Positions 37,190-46,379 of a DNA stretch of 64,000 nucleotides are shown one piece after another; the stretch's first letter is position 1, and every line of letters begins with the position of its first letter. The notes under the pieces are model-generated. The model was given only the letters and a program-made list of their open reading frames with translations, did no database searches and was not told the origin of the DNA. A program made the position numbers and the translations under genes. This stretch comes from an uncultured Chitinophagaceae bacterium. GTDB lineage: Bacteria > Bacteroidota > Bacteroidia > Chitinophagales > Chitinophagaceae. The DNA is taken from assembly GCA_903895845.1 (NCBI GenBank), contig CAITVK010000050.1:4171-68170 (forward strand). Direction: 5' to 3'.

Positions 37190-37429
37190 ATGACTCATTT
37201 TGAACCACCGATACATTGGAGTGACCACGAGGACATTGCAATGAAGCTTTACGAAAGATTTGGGGATGACTTTAACGAAGGAAAAATATACCGTATTCGT
37301 TTCACGGATTTATTGACTTGGGTCTTGGAAATACCAAACTTTGCAGGCACTAAAGAACAAAGTAACGAAGGACACCTCGAAATGATTCAGAGTAAATGGG
37401 TGTATGAGTGGCGCGATAACCAGAAATAA
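37190..37429 (+). CDS. iscX: Fe-S assembly protein IscX-like
   Basis: 79-aa acidic ORF directly after fdx. The W-x-D-x-EDIA...L pattern matches IscX/YfhJ. Confidence 0.7.
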   Translation: MTHFEPPIHWSDHEDIAMKLYERFGDDFNEGKIYRIRFTDLLTWVLEIPNFAGTKEQSNEGHLEMIQSKWVYEWRDNQK

Positions 37430-37441
37430 TAAACACTTCTA

Positions 37442-38383
37442 TTGAAAAAGATAACTGCATTTTTACGTTTGGTCAGATGGCCTAACCTGTTATTTTTTGC
37501 ATTGACCCAATGGATGTTTCTTTATTGTATTATCAATCCTATCTTTTCTATAAGTCATGTAGCGCCTAATATAAAAGGGTTATTTGCTTTCCTTTTAATA
37601 TTGTCCTATGTTTTAGTTGCAGCTGGTGGATATATAATCAATGATTATTTTGATTTAAACATTGATCAAATCAATAAGCCAGACAAAGTAATGATAGACA
37701 CCTATATAAGCAGGCGCTGGGCTATCATCTTTCATTTATTGTTTAGCCTTGGAAGTATTGGAATTGGTTTATACATAGACCAGCAAGCGCATGTACATCT
37801 ATTGTGGCTCGCAAACTTCATTTATGGCTTACTGCTTTTTGTGTACTCTTTATCGTTAAAAAAGAAGTTGTTGGTAGGCAATCTATTAATTGCCTTTTTA
37901 TTGGCATGGGTGATTGTTGTCTTAACCTGGTGCGAGGCAAATCAATTTGCACTATCCATATCACATAGACTTATAAATACACAAAAGCTTTTACGTTATA
38001 CTATACTTTATGCTGGCTTTGCTTTTATTGTAAACCTGATAAGGGAAGTGGTAAAAGACATGGAAGATGTAGAAGGTGATAGGCGTTATGGATGCAGGAC
38101 GATGCCAATAGCCTGGGGAATTAATCCAACAAAAGTATTTGTTGCAGTGTGGCTGGTAGTGTTGACAGCTATCTTGTCTATATTGCAACTATACGCACTT
38201 CAACTACATTGGTGGTTTTTTTCGCTGTATTGTATTATCGCTATCATTCTTCCATTGATAAATGCTTTCAAAAAGCTATCGGTTGCACAGTCACCAAAGG
38301 ATTATCATAGCATCAGTTCGCTTATCAAAATAATTATGTTCACAGGAATACTTTCTATGGTATTCTTTAAGATATACGGATAA
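37442..38383 (+). CDS. UbiA-family prenyltransferase
   Basis: 313-aa ORF with a TTG start, NDYFDLNIDQINKPDK (NDxxDxxxD) and about 8 TM helices. Confidence 0.8.
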   Translation: MKKITAFLRLVRWPNLLFFALTQWMFLYCIINPIFSISHVAPNIKGLFAFLLILSYVLVAAGGYIINDYFDLNIDQINKPDKVMIDTYISRRWAIIFHLLFSLGSIGIGLYIDQQAHVHLLWLANFIYGLLLFVYSLSLKKKLLVGNLLIAFLLAWVIVVLTWCEANQFALSISHRLINTQKLLRYTILYAGFAFIVNLIREVVKDMEDVEGDRRYGCRTMPIAWGINPTKVFVAVWLVVLTAILSILQLYALQLHWWFFSLYCIIAIILPLINAFKKLSVAQSPKDYHSISSLIKIIMFTGILSMVFFKIYG

Positions 38384-38384
38384 A

Positions 38385-38478
38385 AAGTCTTAAGCTGTAA
38401 GTCATAAGTCGTAAGTAAAAGGAGGCTTTGGCTAATTGCTTCCGGCTTACAACTTACTACTTATGACTTACAACTCTT
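38385..38478. repeat. Inverted pair of heptamer runs: 5 x AAGYNNT (38385-38419) and 5 x NRCTTAY (38444-38478)
   Basis: aagtctt|aagctgt|aagtcat|aagtcgt|aagtaaa ... ggcttac|aacttac|tacttat|gacttac|aactctt. The arms are about 23 bp complementary with 2 mismatches. The maf ATG (38463) lies inside the right arm. Confidence 0.7.
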
Positions 38479-39053
38479 CTCTGATTCTTGCTTCACAGTC
38501 GCCACGTAGAAAACAATTGTTGGAATGGGCAGAAGTCCCTTTTTACATTATCGTTAAAAGTACCGATGAAAGTTATCCTCCAGACTTGCCTATTTCAGAA
38601 GTACCTGTCTTTATAGCACGCGAAAAAGCAATTGGTGTACAGAAACATATAGCAGATGATTATCCTGAACATATTGGTAAAACAATACTTGCAGCTGATA
38701 CTGTTGTGGTTTTGGATAACTTAGTTATCGGTAAACCAACTGATAGGGATGATGCCATCAGGATACTGAAAGCATTGGCAGGAAGGAGACACGCTGTTAT
38801 TACGGGTGTTGTTTTATTGACCGGGAAAATAGAAATAGCTTTCGCTGATACGACTTATGTTACCTTTCATCCGCTTACAGAGGATGAAATTGTGTTTTAT
38901 GTAGATAAATATAAACCCTACGATAAGGCTGGTGCCTATGCAATACAAGAATGGATTGGTGTGGTGGGCATCAAAGCAATAGAGGGAGACTTTTATAATG
39001 TAATGGGGCTTCCGGTGAGCAGGGTAGTGAGAGAATTGATAATTGACAACTGA
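38463..39053 (+). CDS. maf: Maf-family nucleoside triphosphate pyrophosphatase
   Basis: The ORF track starts at 38436; I prefer ATG 38463 (MTYNSSLILASQSPRRKQLL). ADTVV and GAYAIQE motifs are present. Confidence 0.85.
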   Translation: MTYNSSLILASQSPRRKQLLEWAEVPFYIIVKSTDESYPPDLPISEVPVFIAREKAIGVQKHIADDYPEHIGKTILAADTVVVLDNLVIGKPTDRDDAIRILKALAGRRHAVITGVVLLTGKIEIAFADTTYVTFHPLTEDEIVFYVDKYKPYDKAGAYAIQEWIGVVGIKAIEGDFYNVMGLPVSRVVRELIIDN

Positions 39054-39063
39054 TAATTATGTT

Positions 39064-40332
39064 ATGAACGAAAAGCTTCTTCAATTTATCTGGCAGTTTC
39101 AATACTTTAACAGGGATACACTACTGCTAGAATCGGGGGAGCAGCTTTCTATTATCAGGCCTGGAATTCATAATACACATCAAGGACCAGACTTTGCTGA
39201 TGGGTATATTAAAATAGATAACATCCGGTTGGCTGGAAACATAGAAATCCATAACCTTTCTTCACACTGGCTACAGCATAAACATAGTTTGGACAAGCAA
39301 TATGACAATGTGATATTGCATGTGGTCTGGCAGAATGATGTGGACATAAAAGATATCCACGGGCATTCTATTCCTGTGTTGGTATTGGGAAATAGGGTAT
39401 CTAAGTTGATGGTTGATCGGTATTCGAGCCTATTTAATTCAATTGGTATTCCTTGTCATAATCATTCATTTCCTATGCTGGATGAACTAGGTTGGATGGG
39501 TTGGAAGGAGCGGTTGCTGGCAGAACGACTGGAAAGAAAAGCCGAAAGGGTACTTCATTTATTTGAACAATCGAATCATAATTGGGAAGAAACCTTCTGG
39601 TGGTTGCTGGCAGCTAATTTTGGAATGAAAGTGAATGGGGAATTATTTGAAGCACTGGCCAAAACAATAGCAGTCAACATATTGTCAAAACATAAACATC
39701 AGATTAATCAGTTGGAGGCGTTGTTGCTAGGGCAAGCCAACCTACTTGAAGGTGAAATGGAAGAAGCATATCCTAAGATGCTGCAAAAAGAGTATCAGTT
39801 TCTGAAAAAGAAATATGGGTTGGCTACGGTTACAATCAGACCCAATTTCTTGCGTATGCGACCAGCTAATTTTCCTACTGTACGCCTAGCTCAACTAGCG
39901 ATGTTGGTGCAGCAGTCATCGCACTTATTCTCTAAAATAAAGGAACTTAAAAGTAGTTCGGATTTGGCTACCTTGTTTTCGGTTGAGGCAAACGATTATT
40001 GGCATTATCACTACAAATTTGATCTGACGTCAGATTATCAACCGAAGTTAATCGGGATAGATTCAATCAATAATATCATCATCAATACGATTGTTCCTGT
40101 TGTGTTTGCTTATGGCATGTACAATAAGAATGAAACTTATAAGGAGAAAGCTATACAGTGGCTTTCGGAAACCAAACCCGAAGTAAATCATTTGACTAAA
40201 CTATGGAAGGATTTTGGGATAAAAGCATCAACCGCATTCGATTCTCAGTCGTTGCTGGAACTTACAAACAACTATTGCAACAAAAGGCGTTGTTTGGATT
40301 GTGCTGTTGGGAATAGGATAATGAAGGGATAG
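39064..40332 (+). CDS. DUF2851 family protein
   Basis: The ORF track starts at 39043; I prefer ATG 39064 (MNEKLLQFIWQFQYFN), the typical DUF2851 N-terminus. The C-terminus carries C-x2-C. Confidence 0.8.
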   Translation: MNEKLLQFIWQFQYFNRDTLLLESGEQLSIIRPGIHNTHQGPDFADGYIKIDNIRLAGNIEIHNLSSHWLQHKHSLDKQYDNVILHVVWQNDVDIKDIHGHSIPVLVLGNRVSKLMVDRYSSLFNSIGIPCHNHSFPMLDELGWMGWKERLLAERLERKAERVLHLFEQSNHNWEETFWWLLAANFGMKVNGELFEALAKTIAVNILSKHKHQINQLEALLLGQANLLEGEMEEAYPKMLQKEYQFLKKKYGLATVTIRPNFLRMRPANFPTVRLAQLAMLVQQSSHLFSKIKELKSSSDLATLFSVEANDYWHYHYKFDLTSDYQPKLIGIDSINNIIINTIVPVVFAYGMYNKNETYKEKAIQWLSETKPEVNHLTKLWKDFGIKASTAFDSQSLLELTNNYCNKRRCLDCAVGNRIMKG

Positions 40333-40474
40333 ATTACTTGTAAATCTAGGGTAACTAAGAGAAAGCCAAGCAAAAATTTGGCGTCCTGAGCATAATTATT
40401 GGCATCAATAGGTTCATGTTTGCAGACGTATATGCCGTGAAAGACGAGATAGGGAGGAAAACGTGAAATAAATA

Positions 40475-40566
40475 TTTCCGAAACAATACTTCAACGCTTT
40501 TGATTGTAATTTCTCGTGTTTCGGAAACAAAAAGGGCTTTCTGTATAAATTCGGAACGTTTCGGAA
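40475..40566. promoter_or_regulatory. Cluster of four TTCGGAA/TTCCGAA heptamers upstream of the hydrolase-dctA block
   Basis: tttccgaaac (40475-40484) and gtttcggaaa (40518-27) are inverted copies. ttcggaa occurs again at 40550-56 and 40560-66, 10 bp apart. Confidence 0.35.
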
Positions 40567-40632
40567 AGGAATTGTGATTACAACAGTCTCTAATATTGCA
40601 CAATCAATTTGTTAACGAATAAAAAAATTGTA

Positions 40633-41583
40633 ATGATAAAATGCTTGTTTGCCTTGTATGGCGATTCTTTTAAAGCTGCAACCCTAACTAAACTGTTCAT
40701 ATTGATAGTCGTATGCCAGTTGTCTTTTATTGGTTTGTTTGCGCAAAGCGGGACTACATCAATAAAAAGAGCAACAGTGGGCAGACAAGTATTTTATTTT
40801 GATAATGGAGGAAAACTGAAATCACCCCTTAAGGTTTATTATTTTAGTCCGAAAGCAAATCCAGACAGTTTGCCCATCGTGATATTAATGCATGGTGCAC
40901 ACAGAGATGCTTCTGCTTATATGGATGGACTAGTAGATGCAGCTACGGTTTTTAACTGTATTGTGGTAGCACCAGAGTTTGATAAAGACACCTATCCCGA
41001 AACGGATATGTATAATTTGGGCAATGTTTATAACAAGAAAACACATGGGTTCACAAATAAAGAAGAGTGGACATTTGAGTTGATTGAGCCTTTGTTTGAC
41101 GAGGTAGTAAAACAAATTAAGAGTATTGATAAAGGCTATTACCTCTATGGTCACTCTGCTGGTGGTCAGTTTGTTACGCGTTTTATGATGTGGGAACCAG
41201 AGAATAGAATTATTAGGGCCGCTGCTGCTAACCCAGGTTGGTATACGCTTCCATCTAAAGACGTAAACTTCCCTTTTGGATTAAATAAATCAAATGTACC
41301 AGATGCTAATATCCCTGCTATGTATGCCAAGAAACTTTTTCTTTTACTAGGCACTGCAGATGTAATTAGGGAAAGTGTAGATTTTAATTCTTCTGCACAA
41401 GCCGATGCACAAGGTCAAAACAGATTTGAAAGAGGACAGTTCTTCTTTAAGATGGCTAAAGCCAATGCGACGGAATTAAATACGACGTTTAATTGGACAG
41501 AGGTTTTTGTGCCAGGTGTTGGGCATGACAATCAGAATATGAGCAAGTTCGCTCTATCCTTATTCTTTATGGACATTAAATAA
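40633..41583 (+). CDS. Secreted alpha/beta hydrolase
   Basis: The ORF opens at TTG 40609; the first ATG is at 40633. It has a signal peptide, ILMHGAHRDA and a GHSAGG nucleophile elbow. Confidence 0.7.
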   Translation: MIKCLFALYGDSFKAATLTKLFILIVVCQLSFIGLFAQSGTTSIKRATVGRQVFYFDNGGKLKSPLKVYYFSPKANPDSLPIVILMHGAHRDASAYMDGLVDAATVFNCIVVAPEFDKDTYPETDMYNLGNVYNKKTHGFTNKEEWTFELIEPLFDEVVKQIKSIDKGYYLYGHSAGGQFVTRFMMWEPENRIIRAAAANPGWYTLPSKDVNFPFGLNKSNVPDANIPAMYAKKLFLLLGTADVIRESVDFNSSAQADAQGQNRFERGQFFFKMAKANATELNTTFNWTEVFVPGVGHDNQNMSKFALSLFFMDIK

Positions 41584-41605
41584 TTACTAACTAAAAAGTA
41601 GCGAT

Positions 41606-42904
41606 ATGAAATTTCTAAAGCAGCTATATGTACAAGTACTCATAGGTGTAGTATTGGGTGTGATTGTAGGATATCTTTTTCCATCTTACAACAATGTAGG
41701 AAAACTGATAGGAGAGGGGTATATCAATTTGATTAAAATGCTCATTGCCCCATTAATATTCTTTACGGCAGTCGTTGGTATTGCGGGTTCTGGTAATATG
41801 GGAGAAGCAGGACGAATTGGAGGAAAGGCGATTATCTATTTCCAGATAGCATCTGCGGTTGCTATGATATTGGGTATTGTTGTGGTGAATCTACTTCATC
41901 CTGGAGCGGGAGTATCTACACAGAATCTGGCAACGAGTAGTATTGATGGTTATGTGCAATCTGGCAAGGATATAAAATGGAGCGATTTCATTATGCACAT
42001 CATTCCAAGCAATGTAGTTGATTCTTTTGCCAAAGGAGAGATTTTGCAAGTATTGGTATTCTCAATTTTGTTTGGAATTGGTTTGGGTAAGTTGGGTGCA
42101 ATTGGACAATCGGTTGTGGTGACATTCGATAAAATAAACAAGGTTTTGTTTGAGATATTGAATATGATAACCATGTTGAGTCCGTTGGGTGCCTTTGGTG
42201 GTATGATGTACACGATGGGGAAATTCGGGTTCAGCACCTTGATTGTGTTGGGCAAATTATTACTTACTTTTTATCTAGCTGCCGGAATCTTTGTTTTCTT
42301 GGTTCTTGGGTTGGTGATGTGGTACTACAAACTGAATATCTTCAGATTACTAGCATTTATAAAAGCAGAAATCCTGATTGTAGTTGGATCGTTCAGTAGC
42401 GAATCTGTTTTGTCTAATCTGATTTACAAGATGGAAGAAGCAGGTTGTGCACCTTCTGTGGTTGGTTTGGTAATACCTGCAGGTTTTAGTTTCAATTTGG
42501 ATGGAACTTCTATTTATTTAAGTATGGCGGTCGTTTTTATAGCCCAGGTGTTTAATGTTCCGTTAGATTTCTGGCAGCAAGCCACTATCATTGGAATCTT
42601 GATGGTAACCAGTAAAGGTGCGGGCGGTATTTCGGGAAGTGGTTTTGTGGTGCTTGCATCTAGCTTGGCTGCCATCAAAGTCATTCCTGTTGAAGGGCTG
42701 GCACTATTGATTGGGATAGACCGTTTTATGAGTCAGGGCAGGGCAATAACAAACACGATAAGCAATGCTGTAGCCACCGTGGTTATTGCTCGAAATGAAA
42801 ATCTATTGGACATGGATGTGTATAATAGCGTTGTAGAGAGAAAAACAGCAAAGCAGTCGAAAGTGTTTCCGCTGACACAAGAGGCTGTGAGTAAGGCTTT
42901 ATAA
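41606..42904 (+). CDS. dctA: Dicarboxylate/amino acid:cation symporter (C4-dicarboxylate transporter)
   Basis: 432-aa ORF with DAACS-family motifs (INLIKMLIAPLIF, SSESVL, TSKGAGGISGSGFVVLA, IDRFMSQGRAITN). Confidence 0.85.
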   Translation: MKFLKQLYVQVLIGVVLGVIVGYLFPSYNNVGKLIGEGYINLIKMLIAPLIFFTAVVGIAGSGNMGEAGRIGGKAIIYFQIASAVAMILGIVVVNLLHPGAGVSTQNLATSSIDGYVQSGKDIKWSDFIMHIIPSNVVDSFAKGEILQVLVFSILFGIGLGKLGAIGQSVVVTFDKINKVLFEILNMITMLSPLGAFGGMMYTMGKFGFSTLIVLGKLLLTFYLAAGIFVFLVLGLVMWYYKLNIFRLLAFIKAEILIVVGSFSSESVLSNLIYKMEEAGCAPSVVGLVIPAGFSFNLDGTSIYLSMAVVFIAQVFNVPLDFWQQATIIGILMVTSKGAGGISGSGFVVLASSLAAIKVIPVEGLALLIGIDRFMSQGRAITNTISNAVATVVIARNENLLDMDVYNSVVERKTAKQSKVFPLTQEAVSKAL

Positions 42905-42939
42905 TTAAGGATAATTCTAACGATTAAAATTGAGAAAAC

Positions 42940-44262
42940 ATGATGAGAAAGAAAGTGGTACTGTTTGCCATAGTGAGCTTTTTGCTTAGTAAAAGCGTCT
43001 TTGCGCAAGAGATAGATTCTACGCTAGCGGCATCAGGTAATGTACATATTTTGAGGTTACAAAAGAGTTATACACTGGGAGAGGGTTTGATGGTTAGATC
43101 TTCGGTTGGAAATATTACGTTCAACCAGAGTTTGCAAACACTATACATGGTTACTTCGGCTAATAATTTTAATACAACAAGTTCCGAGTTTAGTATTAAT
43201 AGGGCAAGATTAACAATGAAAGGAAACATCTTTGACAAGAGAATTTCTATTTCTACAAGGATTAATTTCCCTGGAACTTATCAGAGTACTACTACTGGAA
43301 CAAGATCGTTTAATCCTGAATTAGAAGAAGCATTGATTCAGTATAGCCCAAACCCAACTCATACTTTTAATGTAGGATTACGAGCAGACTACATAGATTC
43401 TAGAGAGCTGCGGATTGAAGGGGAGGACTTTGGTTTTGTGGGAAGGAGTGCTGTTTCATCTGCTTTTGATGCTGTATTTGATTATGGCATCCGCTATGTT
43501 GGTAATTATAAATTGGGGGGGAGGAATATATTGAAGCCTTATTTGTCATTGACTACTGGTGATGGAAGAGCTGGGCTACAAAAAAATTATGGTGGTTTGA
43601 AATATGGTATCCGTGTAGATTATTTGCCATTTGATGAGTTTAAAGGTGGTGGAGAAGCACGAATGGAGGACTTGGAAAGGGAACAAACGCCAAAACTGGC
43701 AGTTGGTGTTGTTTATAGTATAGATAAGGGCGCAACTTCGGCTTATGGTACCAACGGCGGCAGGTATTTGTATGGTGATGCCAATCAGAATATTGTGCTG
43801 CCAGATTACCAAAAATATATTTTCGACTACATCTTTAAATACAGAGGATTTTATTCGATGGGAAGTCTTATTGCCACAAAAGCTACAGTGCCATCGAATA
43901 TAGCAGGCGCTTTTAGCCTAACGGGAAAGTTCACACCTTATACTGGTCAGACAACACAACAGATTCAGAATACAGTACTTTCTTATCTGGATGTTGGTAC
44001 AGGTTATAACATCCAAGCGGGGTATCTATTTAAGTGCGATTGGGGAATTGGAGCTAGGTATTCTTATTTGAGTGACAATGTGCATTCTGCTGCTTTCGCC
44101 AATAATAATCGCAACTATAGTTTCATTGCCACCAAGTATTTGTCGGGAAACAGCCTAAAAATTCAAGCTGAGATTGACTATAGTGAGCTAAAGAATAACT
44201 TACAGTCTACCAATAATACGGGTACTTATACAGGCCAAATAATGTTTTGTGTCAATTTATAA
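42940..44262 (+). CDS. Outer-membrane porin (phosphate-selective porin O/P-like)
   Basis: 440-aa ORF with a signal peptide and beta-strand periodicity. It is a paralogue of the next gene. Confidence 0.65.
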   Translation: MMRKKVVLFAIVSFLLSKSVFAQEIDSTLAASGNVHILRLQKSYTLGEGLMVRSSVGNITFNQSLQTLYMVTSANNFNTTSSEFSINRARLTMKGNIFDKRISISTRINFPGTYQSTTTGTRSFNPELEEALIQYSPNPTHTFNVGLRADYIDSRELRIEGEDFGFVGRSAVSSAFDAVFDYGIRYVGNYKLGGRNILKPYLSLTTGDGRAGLQKNYGGLKYGIRVDYLPFDEFKGGGEARMEDLEREQTPKLAVGVVYSIDKGATSAYGTNGGRYLYGDANQNIVLPDYQKYIFDYIFKYRGFYSMGSLIATKATVPSNIAGAFSLTGKFTPYTGQTTQQIQNTVLSYLDVGTGYNIQAGYLFKCDWGIGARYSYLSDNVHSAAFANNNRNYSFIATKYLSGNSLKIQAEIDYSELKNNLQSTNNTGTYTGQIMFCVNL

Positions 44263-44280
44263 CAATATAAAAAGAGAACG

Positions 44281-45573
44281 ATGATTGCTAAGAAAATGAT
44301 TTTTATTTACGGAAGTGCATTATTACTGTTTTCCAACGTGGTGAATGCCCAAAGGAACACAAGTAAATTGATGCCCAAAGATTCTACGTTGATGTATATA
44401 AATGGGGAAGGAACTTTTTTGCGCTTAGGTAAAAAAGATGGGGCTACATTCAATCTAGCCTCTACGGTTCAGTCGGGTTACCAGTATAATCAGTTGGATT
44501 CTACTAATGGAAAAACAAACTCAAACCGTTTGTCATTGAATATGGTTAGGGTTTCTTTTACTGCAAGTGGATTAAAAGACAAAGTCTCCCTTGGGATCGT
44601 AAACGATTTTACGGGAACTTCCGGGATATTAGAAGGATGGGTTGGAATATCTGTTTTGAATAATCATGGCAAATTGATTTTAGGTCAAAAGCAAACCAAC
44701 ACCAATAACAGGCTGGCAATGGCAGATGAAAGGTATGCTTCCATAATGGCTCAATCTATTGCTGGAAAATCTAATGATGGCATTACTTATGGTGGATTGA
44801 TGCAAAACTTCGTAGGTTCTACCAGAGAGGGTGGTATCTTCTTCGAAACAAATTTCAATTTAAACAAATGGAGGATTTATCCTTCAGTTTCTATCACAAC
44901 AGGAAAGGGGCAAAACTTCTTCAGTACTCAATCTGGACCAGGATTTAAGTATGGTGGTCGTATTGATGTGATGCCAATGGGTGATTTTATTAAGAACGGA
45001 GCATTTGTAGCGGATGACATCTACAGAGAACCAAAGCCGAAGTTGGCTATCGGCGTTGCGGGCAGTTATAATGTGAAAGCAAACAGCCCAATAGGGTCAG
45101 ATAATGGGTTGATTACCGCTCTTTACAACAATTCGAAAGTGCAAGATTGGGCTAATTACAGAAAAGTAGCAGCAGATTTTATTTATAAAAACAATGGATT
45201 TGCATTGGTGGGTGAGTATATCAATGGGTCTATTTACGGTAAGAACTTATATACTAATGCTGTTGCAACAACCAAACTTACAGACTCTACAGCTAGTGCA
45301 TTTTACAATTTGGGTAATGCATTCAACGTTCAGGCATCTTACATCACCCAAGGTGGATGGGCTTTCAATGGCAGGTTCTCTCACATAACTCCCGAAACCT
45401 ACATCCCTACTTCTTTGGTTCATAATCAAACCTGGTACACAGTGGGAGTGAACAAATATTTGAGTGGCAATGCCCTTAAAATTGGCTTGAACGTCAACTA
45501 TATTCAAGACAATAATTCGGCATTGCTAAAGAAAATGCTTACAGGTAATCTTGCTATTCAACTTATTTTCTAA
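44281..45573 (+). CDS. Outer-membrane porin, tandem paralogue
   Basis: 430-aa ORF with a signal peptide and a terminal ...IQLIF. It shares blocks with the preceding ORF (PKLAVGVVYS / PKLAIGVAGS; KYLSGNSLKIQAEIDY / KYLSGNALKIGLNVNY). Confidence 0.65.
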   Translation: MIAKKMIFIYGSALLLFSNVVNAQRNTSKLMPKDSTLMYINGEGTFLRLGKKDGATFNLASTVQSGYQYNQLDSTNGKTNSNRLSLNMVRVSFTASGLKDKVSLGIVNDFTGTSGILEGWVGISVLNNHGKLILGQKQTNTNNRLAMADERYASIMAQSIAGKSNDGITYGGLMQNFVGSTREGGIFFETNFNLNKWRIYPSVSITTGKGQNFFSTQSGPGFKYGGRIDVMPMGDFIKNGAFVADDIYREPKPKLAIGVAGSYNVKANSPIGSDNGLITALYNNSKVQDWANYRKVAADFIYKNNGFALVGEYINGSIYGKNLYTNAVATTKLTDSTASAFYNLGNAFNVQASYITQGGWAFNGRFSHITPETYIPTSLVHNQTWYTVGVNKYLSGNALKIGLNVNYIQDNNSALLKKMLTGNLAIQLIF

Positions 45574-45585
45574 ACAAAAACAATC

Positions 45586-46353
45586 ATGAAAAAGAACATT
45601 TTAAAATACACGCTTGCTTTCTTCATACTTGCTGGTTGCACTTCAAAGCTAGATTTTACTGCACCCGTTACTCCTGTTACTCCTACAGGTGGAACCGCCG
45701 ACCTAATTATTTCTGAAGTGTCAACAGCTATCAATACAGACAAAAATGGTGGTGGCAAAAGGAACCATTATGTAGAATTATATAATGCTACCACAAGTAG
45801 TATCGATTTATCTAATTATGCTATTGGCTATCAAGCAACCGATTCTACTAACCTTAACTCAATCCCTTGGAGCTTTCCTGATACTACTGTTTTTAAACAA
45901 TTATCTGGGTCATTAGCGGCAAGCACTTGTTTCGTTATTGCTTCTCCACAAGCGGATACGCCAACTGTACTTAGCAAATCTCAGCTAATTTGGGGAGATG
46001 CCGCCGCTAATCCTTCCAAACCACTTTCATTATCTGGCAACAGTGCGATTGCTCTATTAAAGAAAGCGGACACTGGTACTGTTATTTTAGGTGGTATTAA
46101 ATATGCTATCATCGATGTATTCTGTAGCCCATTAGTTGCTAGAATCAAAACCACTGGTAAGGTTAGTGTTAGAAACAACTACATGTGGCCTATTGGTGAT
46201 ACTACAAATGATACTAGAAACAGAACTTTTTGGAGAGTGCCTACTGTTACGGCACCTCAGGCAGATTGGAATATTTCTAATGCCGTAGGTAATTCTCAAT
46301 GGAAAGTATCTAAGGACAAAGTATGGGATTATACAAACATTGGAAGTAGATAG
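45586..46353 (+). CDS. Lamin-tail-domain (LTD) lipoprotein
   Basis: 255-aa ORF with a lipobox (FILAGC). LIISEVS...NHYVELYNATTSSIDLSNYAIGY is the LTD signature. Confidence 0.7.
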   Translation: MKKNILKYTLAFFILAGCTSKLDFTAPVTPVTPTGGTADLIISEVSTAINTDKNGGGKRNHYVELYNATTSSIDLSNYAIGYQATDSTNLNSIPWSFPDTTVFKQLSGSLAASTCFVIASPQADTPTVLSKSQLIWGDAAANPSKPLSLSGNSAIALLKKADTGTVILGGIKYAIIDVFCSPLVARIKTTGKVSVRNNYMWPIGDTTNDTRNRTFWRVPTVTAPQADWNISNAVGNSQWKVSKDKVWDYTNIGSR

Positions 46354-46379
46354 AAGAAATTTATTGAAATAAATTAGCT

